DNA of 64,000 bases, taken from positions 3,873,188 to 3,937,187 of the forward strand of contig OY762280.1 in assembly GCA_963665525.1 (NCBI GenBank). Direction: 5' to 3'. The notes under the pieces were generated by a model. It worked only from the letters and a program-made list of their open reading frames with translations. It was not told the origin of the DNA and searched no databases. The DNA comes from Bacteroidales bacterium. GTDB lineage: Bacteria > Bacteroidota > Bacteroidia > Bacteroidales > UBA12077. Made by a program: the position numbers and the translations under genes. Below are positions 36,262-46,179 of this stretch, piece by piece (the first letter of the stretch is position 1; the number at the start of each line of letters is the position of its first letter).

Positions 36262-37923
36262 TATGCTGGCAGCAGTATATAAATATCTTTTAATGCTTCG
36301 CTTAGGTGTTTTCTCAAATTCTTCAGGATAGATTTTTATCTTGGAAATTTGCATGTATTTAGCAAGATTAGCATTGACTTCCTTTTTGTTTTCTTCCATT
36401 ATTTCAGTGAGTCTTGCTTCATTAATTTTATCTTGATCAACAGCATCTAAATCAGGATAGACTAAGGCTATCAATTTATTATCCTTTTCAATAACAACTG
36501 ATTCTTGAATATATGGGAGATTATTAAGTTTTGCTTCAATTTCTTCTGGATAGATGTTTTCTCCAGAAGGTCCCAGGATCATACTTTTGTTACGTCCTTT
36601 AATAAAAACAAAATTTTCTTCGTCAATGATACCTAAATCGCCAGTATGTAACCAGCCATCTTTATCAATAGCTTGTTCTGTTGCTTCTATGTTTTTGTAG
36701 TAACCATACATTACATTCTCACCACGAACCATTATTTCTCCAATTTCGTGGTAAGGATCATTCGAATCTATTTTAATTTCAAGAGTATCAACTAGTCTTC
36801 CGGAAGAAGTAAATTTGGTTTTATCCCAGTTAGCATAACTAATCAGTGGTCCGCATTCTGTCATTCCATAACCTACAGAATAATTAAACTTTATTTTGTT
36901 CAGGAAGTGTTCTACATCACTATTTAATGCGGCCCCACCAAGAACAACTTCTTTAAAATTACCACCGAACACTTCGTTTAGTTTATTTCTAATTTTAGTA
37001 TAAATTGCTTTATCTAAAAGAGGAAGATTCATTAAGAACTGCATTGATTTTTTGCCTAAAAGAGGTAAAATCTGTTTTTTATAAATCTTTTCAATGATTA
37101 ACGGAACCGTAATTATTATTGCCGGATTAATTTCCTGAAAAGCTTGAATAATAATTTTAGGTGATGGTGTGCGAGTTAAGAAGTGAATGTGACAACCAAT
37201 AGTAAAAGGCCATAAAAACTCAAATGCACAACCATAAGTATGAGCAAGGGGAAGAAATGAAACGATATTATCACCCGGATTTAAAGGCATGTTTCTATGT
37301 GCATATCGGATATTAGCAGCTAAACTATTTAAAGGTAGAACAACCCCTTTAGAGAAACCTGTTGTTCCAGATGTATAATTTAAAACACCCACTTCTTCGT
37401 TCGATATTTCATCGAACTTAAACTTTTCATTTGTTATACCGCCCGGATAAACATCTTCGTAGAGAGAATCTAATTTATCATAAATGGCTTTTATGTTTTC
37501 TTTATTGCCTTCAATTAATATTCTAAAATCGGTTAAAGAAAATATACCTCTTAAGTTGGGCATGCTTTTTTCATCCAAATTTTCCCAGATGGGATCTCCG
37601 GTAAATAGAACAACGGAATCAGAATGATTGACAATATGATGTACATCATTAGGATGAAAATCAGGAAGAACAGGAACAACAACTGCTCCATATGTAATTA
37701 TAGCTAAATAGGTCATAGCCCAGTTTGCAGAATTCTTTCCAATAAGAGCAATTTTATCACCCTTTTTAACATCACATTCTTCAAACATAATATGTATTCG
37801 TGCTATTTTCCTTCCAACATCACTGTATTTATAACTTTCTCCTTTATAGTCGCTTAGGGCTGGTAAATCCCAATTTTCTTTGATACTGGTTTCTATGTAT
37901 TTAATGAAATTTTCAGGTAGCAT
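36259..37923 (-). CDS. Long-chain fatty acid--CoA ligase (AMP-dependent synthetase)
   Basis: 554 aa. The AMP-binding motif LNYTSGTTGFSKGVV is present, along with GYGMTECGP and WLHTGDLG. Confidence 0.85.
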   Translation of the reverse strand: MLPENFIKYIETSIKENWDLPALSDYKGESYKYSDVGRKIARIHIMFEECDVKKGDKIALIGKNSANWAMTYLAIITYGAVVVPVLPDFHPNDVHHIVNHSDSVVLFTGDPIWENLDEKSMPNLRGIFSLTDFRILIEGNKENIKAIYDKLDSLYEDVYPGGITNEKFKFDEISNEEVGVLNYTSGTTGFSKGVVLPLNSLAANIRYAHRNMPLNPGDNIVSFLPLAHTYGCAFEFLWPFTIGCHIHFLTRTPSPKIIIQAFQEINPAIIITVPLIIEKIYKKQILPLLGKKSMQFLMNLPLLDKAIYTKIRNKLNEVFGGNFKEVVLGGAALNSDVEHFLNKIKFNYSVGYGMTECGPLISYANWDKTKFTSSGRLVDTLEIKIDSNDPYHEIGEIMVRGENVMYGYYKNIEATEQAIDKDGWLHTGDLGIIDEENFVFIKGRNKSMILGPSGENIYPEEIEAKLNNLPYIQESVVIEKDNKLIALVYPDLDAVDQDKINEARLTEIMEENKKEVNANLAKYMQISKIKIYPEEFEKTPKRSIKRYLYTAASI

Positions 37924-38093
37924 AAGCTAAATTTTTAATGAAAACCAACCAGTAAACTTAAAAAATATATACTTATAATCAAATAGAAGTCTCGATGTAT
38001 TTTATGTGTAAACAAACTATGTGCGTAAACTGTTACAGCATTATATAGAATATTAAATCTTAGCTAATAGTTATAATCAGAAGATTATTTTTA

Positions 38094-38101
38094 TACTTTT
38101 G
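38094..38101 (+). promoter_or_regulatory. Candidate -7 promoter box (TACTTTTG) for cysH
   Basis: TAnnTTTG match 27 nt upstream of the ATG at 38129. Confidence 0.35.
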
Positions 38102-38128
38102 TTGCCTTAATTTTAGAAATAGGGGAAG

Positions 38129-38848
38129 ATGGAAAAAATAGAACAAGCAAAAGAATTAACTGAAAAGTTAAAAGGTAAATCTCCCGAAGAGGTTTTAGAA
38201 TATTTTATTGACAAATGCGATAATAAAGTAGCCTTTGCTTCAAGTTTGGGAGCAGAAGACCAGGTTTTAACCGATATGATTTGTAAAATTAACAAGTCGG
38301 CCAGAATCTTTACATTGGATACAGGTAGATTGTTTCCTGAAACATACGATTTGATTGCTAAAACCAGCGATCATTATGGAATTAAAATAAAAGTGTTTTT
38401 CCCGGATCATAGGAAAGTAGAAGAAATGGTTGAAGAATTAGGAATTAATCATTTTTATAAAAGTATAGAAAACCGCGAGCGTTGTTGTTACCTACGTAAA
38501 AAAGAGCCTTTAAAAAGAGCTTTTGAAGGATTAGAAGGATGGATTTGCGGTTTACGTCGTGATCAATCTATCACTCGTTTCAATAACAAATTAGTAGAGT
38601 GGGACGAGCAAAATGGGCTGTTTAAAATTAATCCTATCATTGATTGGACCGAAGAGCAAGTTTGGGATTACATAAAAAAGAATAATGTTCCATACAATGA
38701 ATTACACGATAAAGGTTTTCCAAGTATTGGCTGTCAACCTTGTACACGTGCCATAAAACCTGGCGAAGATGTTCGTGCCGGACGCTGGTGGTGGGAACAA
38801 CCCGAAAAGCGTGAATGTGGATTGCATAACAGACCTACTAAGAAATAA
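38129..38848 (+). CDS. cysH: Phosphoadenosine phosphosulfate (PAPS/APS) reductase
   Basis: 239 aa. The C-terminal ECGLH motif (KRECGLHN) is present, as are the PP-loop-type FASSLGAEDQVL and WWWE. Confidence 0.85.
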   Translation: MEKIEQAKELTEKLKGKSPEEVLEYFIDKCDNKVAFASSLGAEDQVLTDMICKINKSARIFTLDTGRLFPETYDLIAKTSDHYGIKIKVFFPDHRKVEEMVEELGINHFYKSIENRERCCYLRKKEPLKRAFEGLEGWICGLRRDQSITRFNNKLVEWDEQNGLFKINPIIDWTEEQVWDYIKKNNVPYNELHDKGFPSIGCQPCTRAIKPGEDVRAGRWWWEQPEKRECGLHNRPTKK

Positions 38849-38856
38849 TATTATAT

Positions 38857-38945
38857 ATCTTTTCTAAAGTTTTAAAACTTTAGAAAAGATAAAAATATTA
38901 CCCTGTCAAAATATTAAACTTTAACAGGGTTTTTTAATTTTATGA
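38857..38945 (+). terminator. Two hairpins after cysH
   Basis: A perfect 16-bp AT-rich stem atcttttctaaagttt/aaactttagaaaagat (38857-38890). Then ccctgt..acaggg (38901-38939) followed by ttttt. Confidence 0.6.
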
Positions 38946-38970
38946 TCAGAAACAATTAACATCGAATAAA

Positions 38971-39396
38971 ATGGATCATGTAGTTTACCTTGATTATAAA
39001 GCAAAAGAACTTGAGAACCTGATACTGGGAAAAAAGTTTATGATAATTCGCGGCGCAACAGGTCGTAAAATGCCTTATGGCAGGGTTTTTAAAGATGATG
39101 TTCTTTATTTTATTGAAAACAAAGGCGATGGATTAGTTAAAGCCAAAGCGGTTGTGAAAGAGGTCTTTAATTCTGAAAAGTTAGAAAAAGAAGAATCTGT
39201 TCAGTTGGTTGAAAAAAATCAGGATAAGTTATTACTAAATTCAGGTTTGTTAAAACGCTTTGCAGGAAAACGATATTTGGTGTTGATTACATTAAGAGAT
39301 TTCCAGAAAATAGAACATTTTAAAATAGACCGATCCGATTATGGCAATATGGATGATTGGTTAGCAGTAGAAAATATTGAAAATGTAAGGAAATAA
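38971..39396 (+). CDS. ASCH/PUA-like domain protein (tentative)
   Basis: 141 aa. ILGKKFMIIRG resembles the GxKxxExR-type ASCH motif. The assignment is weak. Confidence 0.35.
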   Translation: MDHVVYLDYKAKELENLILGKKFMIIRGATGRKMPYGRVFKDDVLYFIENKGDGLVKAKAVVKEVFNSEKLEKEESVQLVEKNQDKLLLNSGLLKRFAGKRYLVLITLRDFQKIEHFKIDRSDYGNMDDWLAVENIENVRK

Positions 39397-39423
39397 AAAA
39401 AGGAGCTTTTAAGCTCCTTTTTT
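39397..39423. terminator. Bidirectional rho-independent terminator
   Basis: The sequence aaaaaggagct-ttta-agctccttttt has an A-run and a T-run flanking a GC-containing stem. It lies between convergent genes. Confidence 0.75.
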
Positions 39424-39444
39424 ATATTGTAATGTTAAATAGAT

Positions 39445-40380
39445 TTATTCAATAGTAAACTTAGTATTTCCAATTTCTTCGCCATCGGCAAAAATATGAA
39501 CTTCATATGTTCCGGCCATTAAAGCACCATTGTTATCCCAATAAACAACAACATCTAAATCGCTATTGGTATAGTCAACAGGGCGTTTTGCCGAGTAAAC
39601 AATTTCTTGTCCTTGGTATTCGAAAAGATCATCCTCCGATTTAGCCAGAATATAATCATCTGGTCCGGCAATTCGAATGTAAACATCGCGTTCGCCAGCT
39701 TCTGCTAAAACATTTTCTTTGATGGTAAATTCAACTTTTATCTTTTCAATTTTGTTTAACCTTTTCGTTTCCTTACCTCTTCGGTTAATTGGATAAGCAT
39801 TCATTTTATGAGTTCTTAATGTACTTGCTAACTCTACTTTACCAGAAAGATCTTTATTTTGTTCTTCGAGTTCGTTTTTAGATTTGGTAACCTGACGAAT
39901 TTCATTTTTAACCTGGATATTTTCAGCAACCAATTCCTGATTCATCGTATTTAGTGAATCAATTTGACGAACATAACTTTTAGCAACCGCACGTAAAGTA
40001 GTTAACTCGTTTTGTAAGCTCTTAATTTTTGCGTAATTAGTAGCTTTTACTGTTTTGATTTCAGCTAATAAATCGTCGATTTTTTCTTTCTCTTCGGTTA
40101 AGTGAGCATTTAACGAATCATTATCAGTCATTAATTCGTCATAATCATCGCGTAATTGAATTAGATGCGATTGAAGAGAGTCTTTTTCTGCTGTTAATGC
40201 AGTCTCAATTTCATCGGTTGTTTGTCTCTGGTCTATATATAACCAGGTTACTACTACCAATAGTCCAATTATTAAGAAAAGAATGAACATAAGTCCACTT
40301 TTATTTTTTTGCGGAGCAATTGGAGCCTGATTATTTTTTTGTTGATTTTCCAAATTTTGAGTTTTGTTTTGCTCTTCCAT
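39445..40380 (-). CDS. Hypothetical membrane-anchored coiled-coil protein with C-terminal beta-rich domain
   Basis: 311 aa. It has one TM helix (LMFILFLIIGLLVVVTWLYI), about 150 aa of heptad-like coiled coil and a C-terminal domain of about 110 aa. Confidence 0.5.
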   Translation of the reverse strand: MEEQNKTQNLENQQKNNQAPIAPQKNKSGLMFILFLIIGLLVVVTWLYIDQRQTTDEIETALTAEKDSLQSHLIQLRDDYDELMTDNDSLNAHLTEEKEKIDDLLAEIKTVKATNYAKIKSLQNELTTLRAVAKSYVRQIDSLNTMNQELVAENIQVKNEIRQVTKSKNELEEQNKDLSGKVELASTLRTHKMNAYPINRRGKETKRLNKIEKIKVEFTIKENVLAEAGERDVYIRIAGPDDYILAKSEDDLFEYQGQEIVYSAKRPVDYTNSDLDVVVYWDNNGALMAGTYEVHIFADGEEIGNTKFTIE

Positions 40381-40412
40381 TTTAATTTAGGTTAGGATTT
40401 TTATTCGAAATG

Positions 40413-40420
40413 CAAATGTA
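40413..40420 (-). promoter_or_regulatory. Candidate -7 promoter box (TACATTTG) for the coiled-coil protein gene
   Basis: TAnnTTTG match on the minus strand, 32 nt upstream of the ATG at 40380. Confidence 0.3.
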
Positions 40421-40484
40421 TATTATATTTTAAATATCATCAACACTTTGCGTTAATTAACGAAGATAATAAAATAAAATTATA

Positions 40485-41615
40485 TTATTCTTCAACTTCT
40501 AATTTCGATAATAAATAATAACAACCTTTAATTACAATTTCTTTGTTGCTAAGTTGATTTACATTTCCTTTAATTTCGATCATATTATTATACTCGATTC
40601 CTTTTTCAACTTTTACAATCTGAAAGTTGTTTTCTTTTTTAACAAAAATACAGGATTCGCCTTCGTAGTCTACTATTGCTTCTGAAGGAAGAACATGAGC
40701 TTTCCTTTCGTTAATTAAAATGGATGCGTTGATATACATACCGGGTTTTAAAATGCGATTTTCATTATTAAATTTCCCATATACCATGATAGTCCGGTTT
40801 TGTTCATTAAGTTTTATCCCTACTCGTTTAACCTTTGATACATATGTTTCAGAATTATTTAACGAAGAAAAATTAATGTTTTGTCCGGGCTTAATTTTTA
40901 GAATATCTTTTTCAAAAACATTAAAGTGTAAGTTGAGCGAATGATCATTAATGATTTCAAAAACTAAATCTTCTGAATTAACATATTTCCCTTTGTTTGC
41001 ATTAAGTTGCGATATAGTTCCTGAAATAGGAGCTAATAATTTAAATTCTTTTATAAAATTACCATCAACAATCTCACTAGTGTTGATTCCAATTAATTCT
41101 AACTGTGCCTGAAGGGATTTACTTGTAGCTTCAAAGTGTAAAAAATCTGCTTTCGCTTTTTGCATTTTTTTTATTGAAGCTGCATTTTCAACGGTTAATT
41201 CTCCCTGGCGTTTGTATTCTTGCTGGTAATAATCAGCTTGACTTTTAGCTTCTAAATATTGTTGCTGTAACTGAATAAAATCAGGATGTTGAAGATTTGC
41301 TAATACAGCTCCTTTTTCAACGAAATCTCCAGGAAAATAATTGATAGTTTTAATAAATCCTCCGATGGTTGGAGAAACCGAAGCAATATTTTTAGGAGGA
41401 ACTTCAACTTTACCTGAACATGTAATGGTTTCAGAAATTACCTGATCTACTAATTTGCCGGTTTCAATTCCTGCTAGTTTTATTTGCTCATCGGTTATTG
41501 TGATTACTTTTTCCGAAGATTCTTTTACAATAATAGCTTCTGCATCATTATCTGTTTTTTTAGGTGAACAAGAAATAATCAAAGCCAAAAATATTAGAAT
41601 AAGTATATTTTTCAT
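40485..41615 (-). CDS. Efflux RND transporter periplasmic adaptor subunit (CzcB/CusB-like)
   Basis: 376 aa with the lipobox LIISC. It has MFP motifs (V.KGAVLANLQHPDF) and an alpha-hairpin. It lies 8 nt downstream of the fused pump gene. Confidence 0.8.
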   Translation of the reverse strand: MKNILILIFLALIISCSPKKTDNDAEAIIVKESSEKVITITDEQIKLAGIETGKLVDQVISETITCSGKVEVPPKNIASVSPTIGGFIKTINYFPGDFVEKGAVLANLQHPDFIQLQQQYLEAKSQADYYQQEYKRQGELTVENAASIKKMQKAKADFLHFEATSKSLQAQLELIGINTSEIVDGNFIKEFKLLAPISGTISQLNANKGKYVNSEDLVFEIINDHSLNLHFNVFEKDILKIKPGQNINFSSLNNSETYVSKVKRVGIKLNEQNRTIMVYGKFNNENRILKPGMYINASILINERKAHVLPSEAIVDYEGESCIFVKKENNFQIVKVEKGIEYNNMIEIKGNVNQLSNKEIVIKGCYYLLSKLEVEE

Positions 41616-41622
41616 ATTTCGT

Positions 41623-44600
41623 TTATTTTATATAAAATTCAAGTTTAATAGCTGTTTCGTTATAATTGTATAAAGTATTTAAATACCCTAATTCAATTTC
41701 CTGAGCTGCATTAATGCTCTCAAGAAATTCAAGGTATTCAATTTCTTCTTTTTCAAATTGCATTTGAGCTGTGTATTTTAGTAAATTTGCTTTTTTTAAT
41801 GCGTTTTCATGATAATAAATTAGATCGTTTTGGATTTGATCTAAGTGAATAACCATATTTTCAATTTCTTTCTCAAGATAAAATTTCTGATACTCGAAAT
41901 TATTAAGTGCTTTTTTACTTTCGATTTTAGCCGATTGAACTTTCGCATTTTGTGGTAAAAACCAAAGAGGCATACTAAGACCAATGCTCCATCCTGTAAA
42001 TCCACCAACATTGTCAATTTGTTGATTAAAATACCCGGCCGATATTTCAGGGAAATACTTCGATTGTTCTATTTTGTATTTTCTGTTCTCTATTTGATAA
42101 AGATTTTCGTAATATCCAAGCATAGCTGAGCTGCTAAATCGTTGATTTGGATCAACTCCGGCAGGTAATTGATAAATTGATAAGGAATCATTTTCCGGGA
42201 TAAAATTTCCTTCGGTATTCATAAGTTGTTTTATCTTGTTTTCTGCTGATATTAATTGCTCGGTTGTTTTAAGTACATCGTTTTTGGCAGAAGCAAATTT
42301 GGTTTCTGCAAGTGTTTGTTCTAATAAATTAGATTCTCCAAGTTCGTATTTTAATTGTGAAATACGAACAAACTCTTTATAAAGCTCTACCTGCTCTTGT
42401 TTTATATTAAACTGATTCAGAACATAAACCCAATAATAATATGCTATTTTAACTTGAGCTATAATTTCTTTTTCAATGATGATCTTTTCTTTCTCGCTTA
42501 ATGAGATATTTTCATTAACCAATTTACTGTTTTGAAAATGTGTTAGTAAGGACCCGAAGTTTTGATTAATCTCAAAAGAATAATCAATCATATCGGAGTT
42601 AATTTGTCCGTTCTGATAAGAGAATTCTGTTGGTGCAAAATCTAATACTCCTTGTTTTTGTTTTTTTGCAGCTTCAATATCGAGTGAAGCATTTTTTAAA
42701 ACAGGATTATTGCTTACAGCGAGGTTAACGGCTTGTTCAAGACTTAGTCCTTGCGTTTGGTCTTCATCTTGTGCATAAAGGTGTACAGAGCCTGCTAATA
42801 AGAAAATCAATAAAATAGAAATAGTTTTTTTAGGGATTTTTATTTTTTTAAGTGTTTTCTTCGAATTAAAAATTTGAAATAAAATTGGAAGCATGATCAT
42901 GGTTAACATGGTAGATGTAACTAAACCTCCTATAACTACAGTTGCTAAAGGCCTTTGTACTTCTGCTCCAGCTGATTTTGAAAAAGCCATAGGTAAAAAA
43001 CCTACCATGGTCGAAGCAGCAGTAAGTAATACAGGGCGAAGTCTTTCTTTCGTTGCTTTTAAAATCAACTCTCGCATATCGGAATACCCGTTATTCATTA
43101 AATCTTTTAAGTGTTCAATAAGTATTATTCCATTTAGAACTGCAACTCCAAATAATGCAATAAAACCAATACCTGCCGAAACGCTGAATGGCATTCCTCT
43201 AATCCATAAGAATAAAACTCCACCAACTGTTGATAAAGGAACAGAGGTGAAAATCAGTGCAGCATCTTTTACCGATCTAAACGCAAAATGTAAAAATATA
43301 AAGATTAGAAGTAGCGCAATCGGAACGGCAAGTTTAAGTCGCTTAGTAGCATTTTCAAGATTTTCGAATTGCCCACCGTAGTTAATATAATATCCTGGAT
43401 CAAGTGTAATGTTTGCATTAATTTTGGTTTGAATATCTTCGATAACGGATTCTAAATCTCTATTACGTACATTAACACTAACAACAACTCTTCGTCGAGT
43501 ATTTTCTCTGGATATTTTTGCAGGTCCAGTAGTATAATTTATATCTGCCAGTTCATGAAGTGGAATTTGATTTCCATTAGGTAAACCAACAAATAAATTT
43601 TTGATATTATCGATATCATTTCTAAAAGATTCATCAAAGCGTACTGCTAAATCAAAACGTTTTTCTCCTTCAAAGATGCTTCCTGCGATTTGGCCTCCAA
43701 AAGCCATCGATAGTTGCTGGTTGAGTTCTTCAATATTTAACCCGTAATAGGCAATCTTATTACGCTTATATTTTACACTTACCTGTGGTAAACCAACCGT
43801 TTTCTCTAAAATAATATCGGCAGCTCCGGGAATATTTTCTATTAGTTTTTTTATCTCAGATGCTTTTGAATCTAAATAATTAAGATCTTCTCCAAATAAT
43901 TTAATCGCAATATCGGCACGAACACCTGTTATTAATTCGTTAAAACGCATTTCGATGGGTTGTGTAAATTCATAGTCAATGCCCGGAATAACAGATAATG
44001 CTTCTTTAAATTTATTAGCAAGTTCTTCTTTATTATCAGTAACTTGCCATTCTTTTCGCGGTTTTAATTTAATGATCATGTCAATTTCTTCCATCGACAT
44101 AGGATCTGTAGGTACTTCTGCTGCTCCAATCCTACAAACAATTTGATCAACTTCAGTAAAATTATCGATAAGGATTTGTTCCATTTTTGTTGTTAAATCA
44201 ACCGTTTTACTTAATGATGTTCCGGTTTTTAAAACTGGTTGAATAACAAAGTCACCTTCATCGAGTGTTGGAACAAACTCACCTCCCATTCTGGAGAAAA
44301 TGATGATGGTAAAAACGACTACAACTAATGTCGAGCCAATAATAAATGATTTATGATCGTAAGACCATTTTATGACAGGGCTGTATGATTTGTGAATCAT
44401 ATTCATGATCCACTTTGTAATATTTCGTTTGTTTTCTTTTTCAGGTTTTAAAAATAATGACGAAGCAACAGGTAACCATGTAAAACCAAGAATCATTGCG
44501 CCTAGTATGGCAAAGCTAAACGACAAAGCCATAGGTCGGAACATTTTGCCTTCAACTCCACTTAGAGTTAAAATTGGAACTAAAACAATTAGTATGATTA

Positions 44601-45972
44601 CCTGTCCAAAAATGGCAGAACTCATCATTTTAGAAGCTCCATGGAAAGTTATTTTATCAAATAGAATCTGCTTTTGTTTCCCTTTCGATTTCTCTAAATC
44701 AGTTTGGTTTGCTGTAATCTTAATAGAAATAAACTCTACGATTATCACTGCTCCATCGATAATAATTCCAAAGTCCAGGGCACCAAGGCTCATTAAATTG
44801 GCATCAATTCCAAGAATGTACATCATGGAAATAGTAAACAATAGTGATAAGGGAATAATAGAAGCAATTACCAGAGCAGAACGAATATTCCCCAAGAAAA
44901 GGATCACAACAAAAACAATGATAAGACATCCCAGAAGTAAATTTTCATAAACGGTACGTGTCGTTTTTTCTATAAGTTCACTTCGTTCTACAATAGGATT
45001 GATAAAGACACCTTCCGGTAAACTTTTTTGAACTTCTGCAACTCTTTCTTTAACAGCATGAATAACCTCTTTTGAGTTTGCATTTTTAAGCATCATAATT
45101 TGGCCTAATACTTTTTCTCCTTCACCATTAGCAGTAATGGCTCCGTATCGATTCGCATACCCAAATCGAACGCTTGCAATATCTCCAATAAGAATAGGGA
45201 CTCCTTCAATATTTTTTATAACAATGGATTCAAGGTCTTGAATAGATTTTAAACTTCCATCTCCGCGAATAAAATAACTTTTATCTTGTTTCTCAATATA
45301 GGCACCTCCAGCAATGTTGTTATTGACACTAACAGCATTAAAAACCTCTAATAAACTAATGTTTGATGCCCTTAACTGTTTTGGATTAATAGCAATTTCA
45401 TATTGTTTTAAGTAGCCTCCCCAAGGATTTACTTCGACCACTCCCGGGATACCTGATAGTTGACGTTTCACAATCCAATCTTGGATGGTTCTTAATTCCA
45501 TTGATGAGTATTTATCTTCATAGCCTGGTTTAACATCTAAAATATATTGATATATTTCTCCTAGTCCGGTTGATATTGGCCCCATTTCAGGTGTTCCAAA
45601 TCCTTCGGGAATATTTGCCGCTGCCGCTTTTATTTTCTCAGAAATTAACTGGCGAGGTAAGTAAGTGCCCAGATTTTCTTCAAAAACAATTGTTACGACT
45701 GATAATCCAAATTTGGAAATAGACCTTATTTCTTTTACTCCCGGTAAATTAGCCATTTCAAGTTCAACGGGATAAGTAATAAATTGCTCAACATCTTGCG
45801 TGGAAAGGTTTGTTGAAACGGTTATTACCTGAACCTGATTGTTTGTAATATCCGGAACTGCACCAACCGGAATTTTAAGAATCGCAAATAAACCAAAAGC
45901 TGCTATGGTTAAAGTAAATAGAATAATAATGAGTTTATTCTTGATACTAAAATTTATGATTTGATTAATCAT
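41623..45972 (-). CDS. CusA/CzcA-family heavy-metal efflux RND permease fused in frame to a TolC/CzcC-like outer-membrane factor
   Basis: 1449-aa uninterrupted ORF. Residues 1 to about 1040 are CzcA-like (MINQIINFSIKNKLIIILFTL.., GALDFGIIIDGAVIIVE). Then come KKTLKKIKIPKKTISILLIFLLAGSVHLYA|QDED and about 380 aa of OMF-like sequence (LSLEQAVNLAVSNNPVLKNASLDIEAAK..). Confidence 0.8.
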   Translation of the reverse strand: MINQIINFSIKNKLIIILFTLTIAAFGLFAILKIPVGAVPDITNNQVQVITVSTNLSTQDVEQFITYPVELEMANLPGVKEIRSISKFGLSVVTIVFEENLGTYLPRQLISEKIKAAAANIPEGFGTPEMGPISTGLGEIYQYILDVKPGYEDKYSSMELRTIQDWIVKRQLSGIPGVVEVNPWGGYLKQYEIAINPKQLRASNISLLEVFNAVSVNNNIAGGAYIEKQDKSYFIRGDGSLKSIQDLESIVIKNIEGVPILIGDIASVRFGYANRYGAITANGEGEKVLGQIMMLKNANSKEVIHAVKERVAEVQKSLPEGVFINPIVERSELIEKTTRTVYENLLLGCLIIVFVVILFLGNIRSALVIASIIPLSLLFTISMMYILGIDANLMSLGALDFGIIIDGAVIIVEFISIKITANQTDLEKSKGKQKQILFDKITFHGASKMMSSAIFGQVIILIVLVPILTLSGVEGKMFRPMALSFSFAILGAMILGFTWLPVASSLFLKPEKENKRNITKWIMNMIHKSYSPVIKWSYDHKSFIIGSTLVVVVFTIIIFSRMGGEFVPTLDEGDFVIQPVLKTGTSLSKTVDLTTKMEQILIDNFTEVDQIVCRIGAAEVPTDPMSMEEIDMIIKLKPRKEWQVTDNKEELANKFKEALSVIPGIDYEFTQPIEMRFNELITGVRADIAIKLFGEDLNYLDSKASEIKKLIENIPGAADIILEKTVGLPQVSVKYKRNKIAYYGLNIEELNQQLSMAFGGQIAGSIFEGEKRFDLAVRFDESFRNDIDNIKNLFVGLPNGNQIPLHELADINYTTGPAKISRENTRRRVVVSVNVRNRDLESVIEDIQTKINANITLDPGYYINYGGQFENLENATKRLKLAVPIALLLIFIFLHFAFRSVKDAALIFTSVPLSTVGGVLFLWIRGMPFSVSAGIGFIALFGVAVLNGIILIEHLKDLMNNGYSDMRELILKATKERLRPVLLTAASTMVGFLPMAFSKSAGAEVQRPLATVVIGGLVTSTMLTMIMLPILFQIFNSKKTLKKIKIPKKTISILLIFLLAGSVHLYAQDEDQTQGLSLEQAVNLAVSNNPVLKNASLDIEAAKKQKQGVLDFAPTEFSYQNGQINSDMIDYSFEINQNFGSLLTHFQNSKLVNENISLSEKEKIIIEKEIIAQVKIAYYYWVYVLNQFNIKQEQVELYKEFVRISQLKYELGESNLLEQTLAETKFASAKNDVLKTTEQLISAENKIKQLMNTEGNFIPENDSLSIYQLPAGVDPNQRFSSSAMLGYYENLYQIENRKYKIEQSKYFPEISAGYFNQQIDNVGGFTGWSIGLSMPLWFLPQNAKVQSAKIESKKALNNFEYQKFYLEKEIENMVIHLDQIQNDLIYYHENALKKANLLKYTAQMQFEKEEIEYLEFLESINAAQEIELGYLNTLYNYNETAIKLEFYIK

Positions 45973-46179
45973 GATAATTGTATTAATGAATTCTAAATTT
46001 AAGACATTTTTTTGTCATAACGAATTCTATAATACAATCTTATACCTTGAATGTTTAGTAAGAAAAGGAGACCTTAAATTCTTAATTTAATTTTAGTAAG
46101 GAGTTTAAGATAAATAAACTTACAATATTTGTGAGTGAATATTATTGATAGACACAAATTAACTTCTGATCAAATAATA

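Noticed and set aside
37924-38128. A possible riboswitch or leader in the 205-bp region upstream of cysH
   Set aside because: I could not recognise conserved cores of the SAM, SAH or other sulfur-related riboswitch classes. Only a -7 box candidate and a short GTAAAC direct repeat are visible. A covariance-model search (Rfam) would settle this.
40451-40462. The 12-bp perfect palindrome CGTTAATTAACG between the czcB stop and the next promoter, and the AT-only palindromes at 6544-6569 and 52611-52633
   Set aside because: Short AT-rich palindromes are expected by chance in intergenic DNA this AT-rich. They have no recurring copies and no associated regulator, so I do not call them sites.
42893-44950. 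Long antisense ORFs (162 aa and 181 aa) inside the CzcA fusion gene, and similar ones inside other RND/MFP genes (31495-31947, 33687-34016)
   Set aside because: They lie opposite strongly supported, motif-rich genes. I see no promoter or RBS context. Their composition is typical of shadow ORFs in AT-rich membrane-protein genes.
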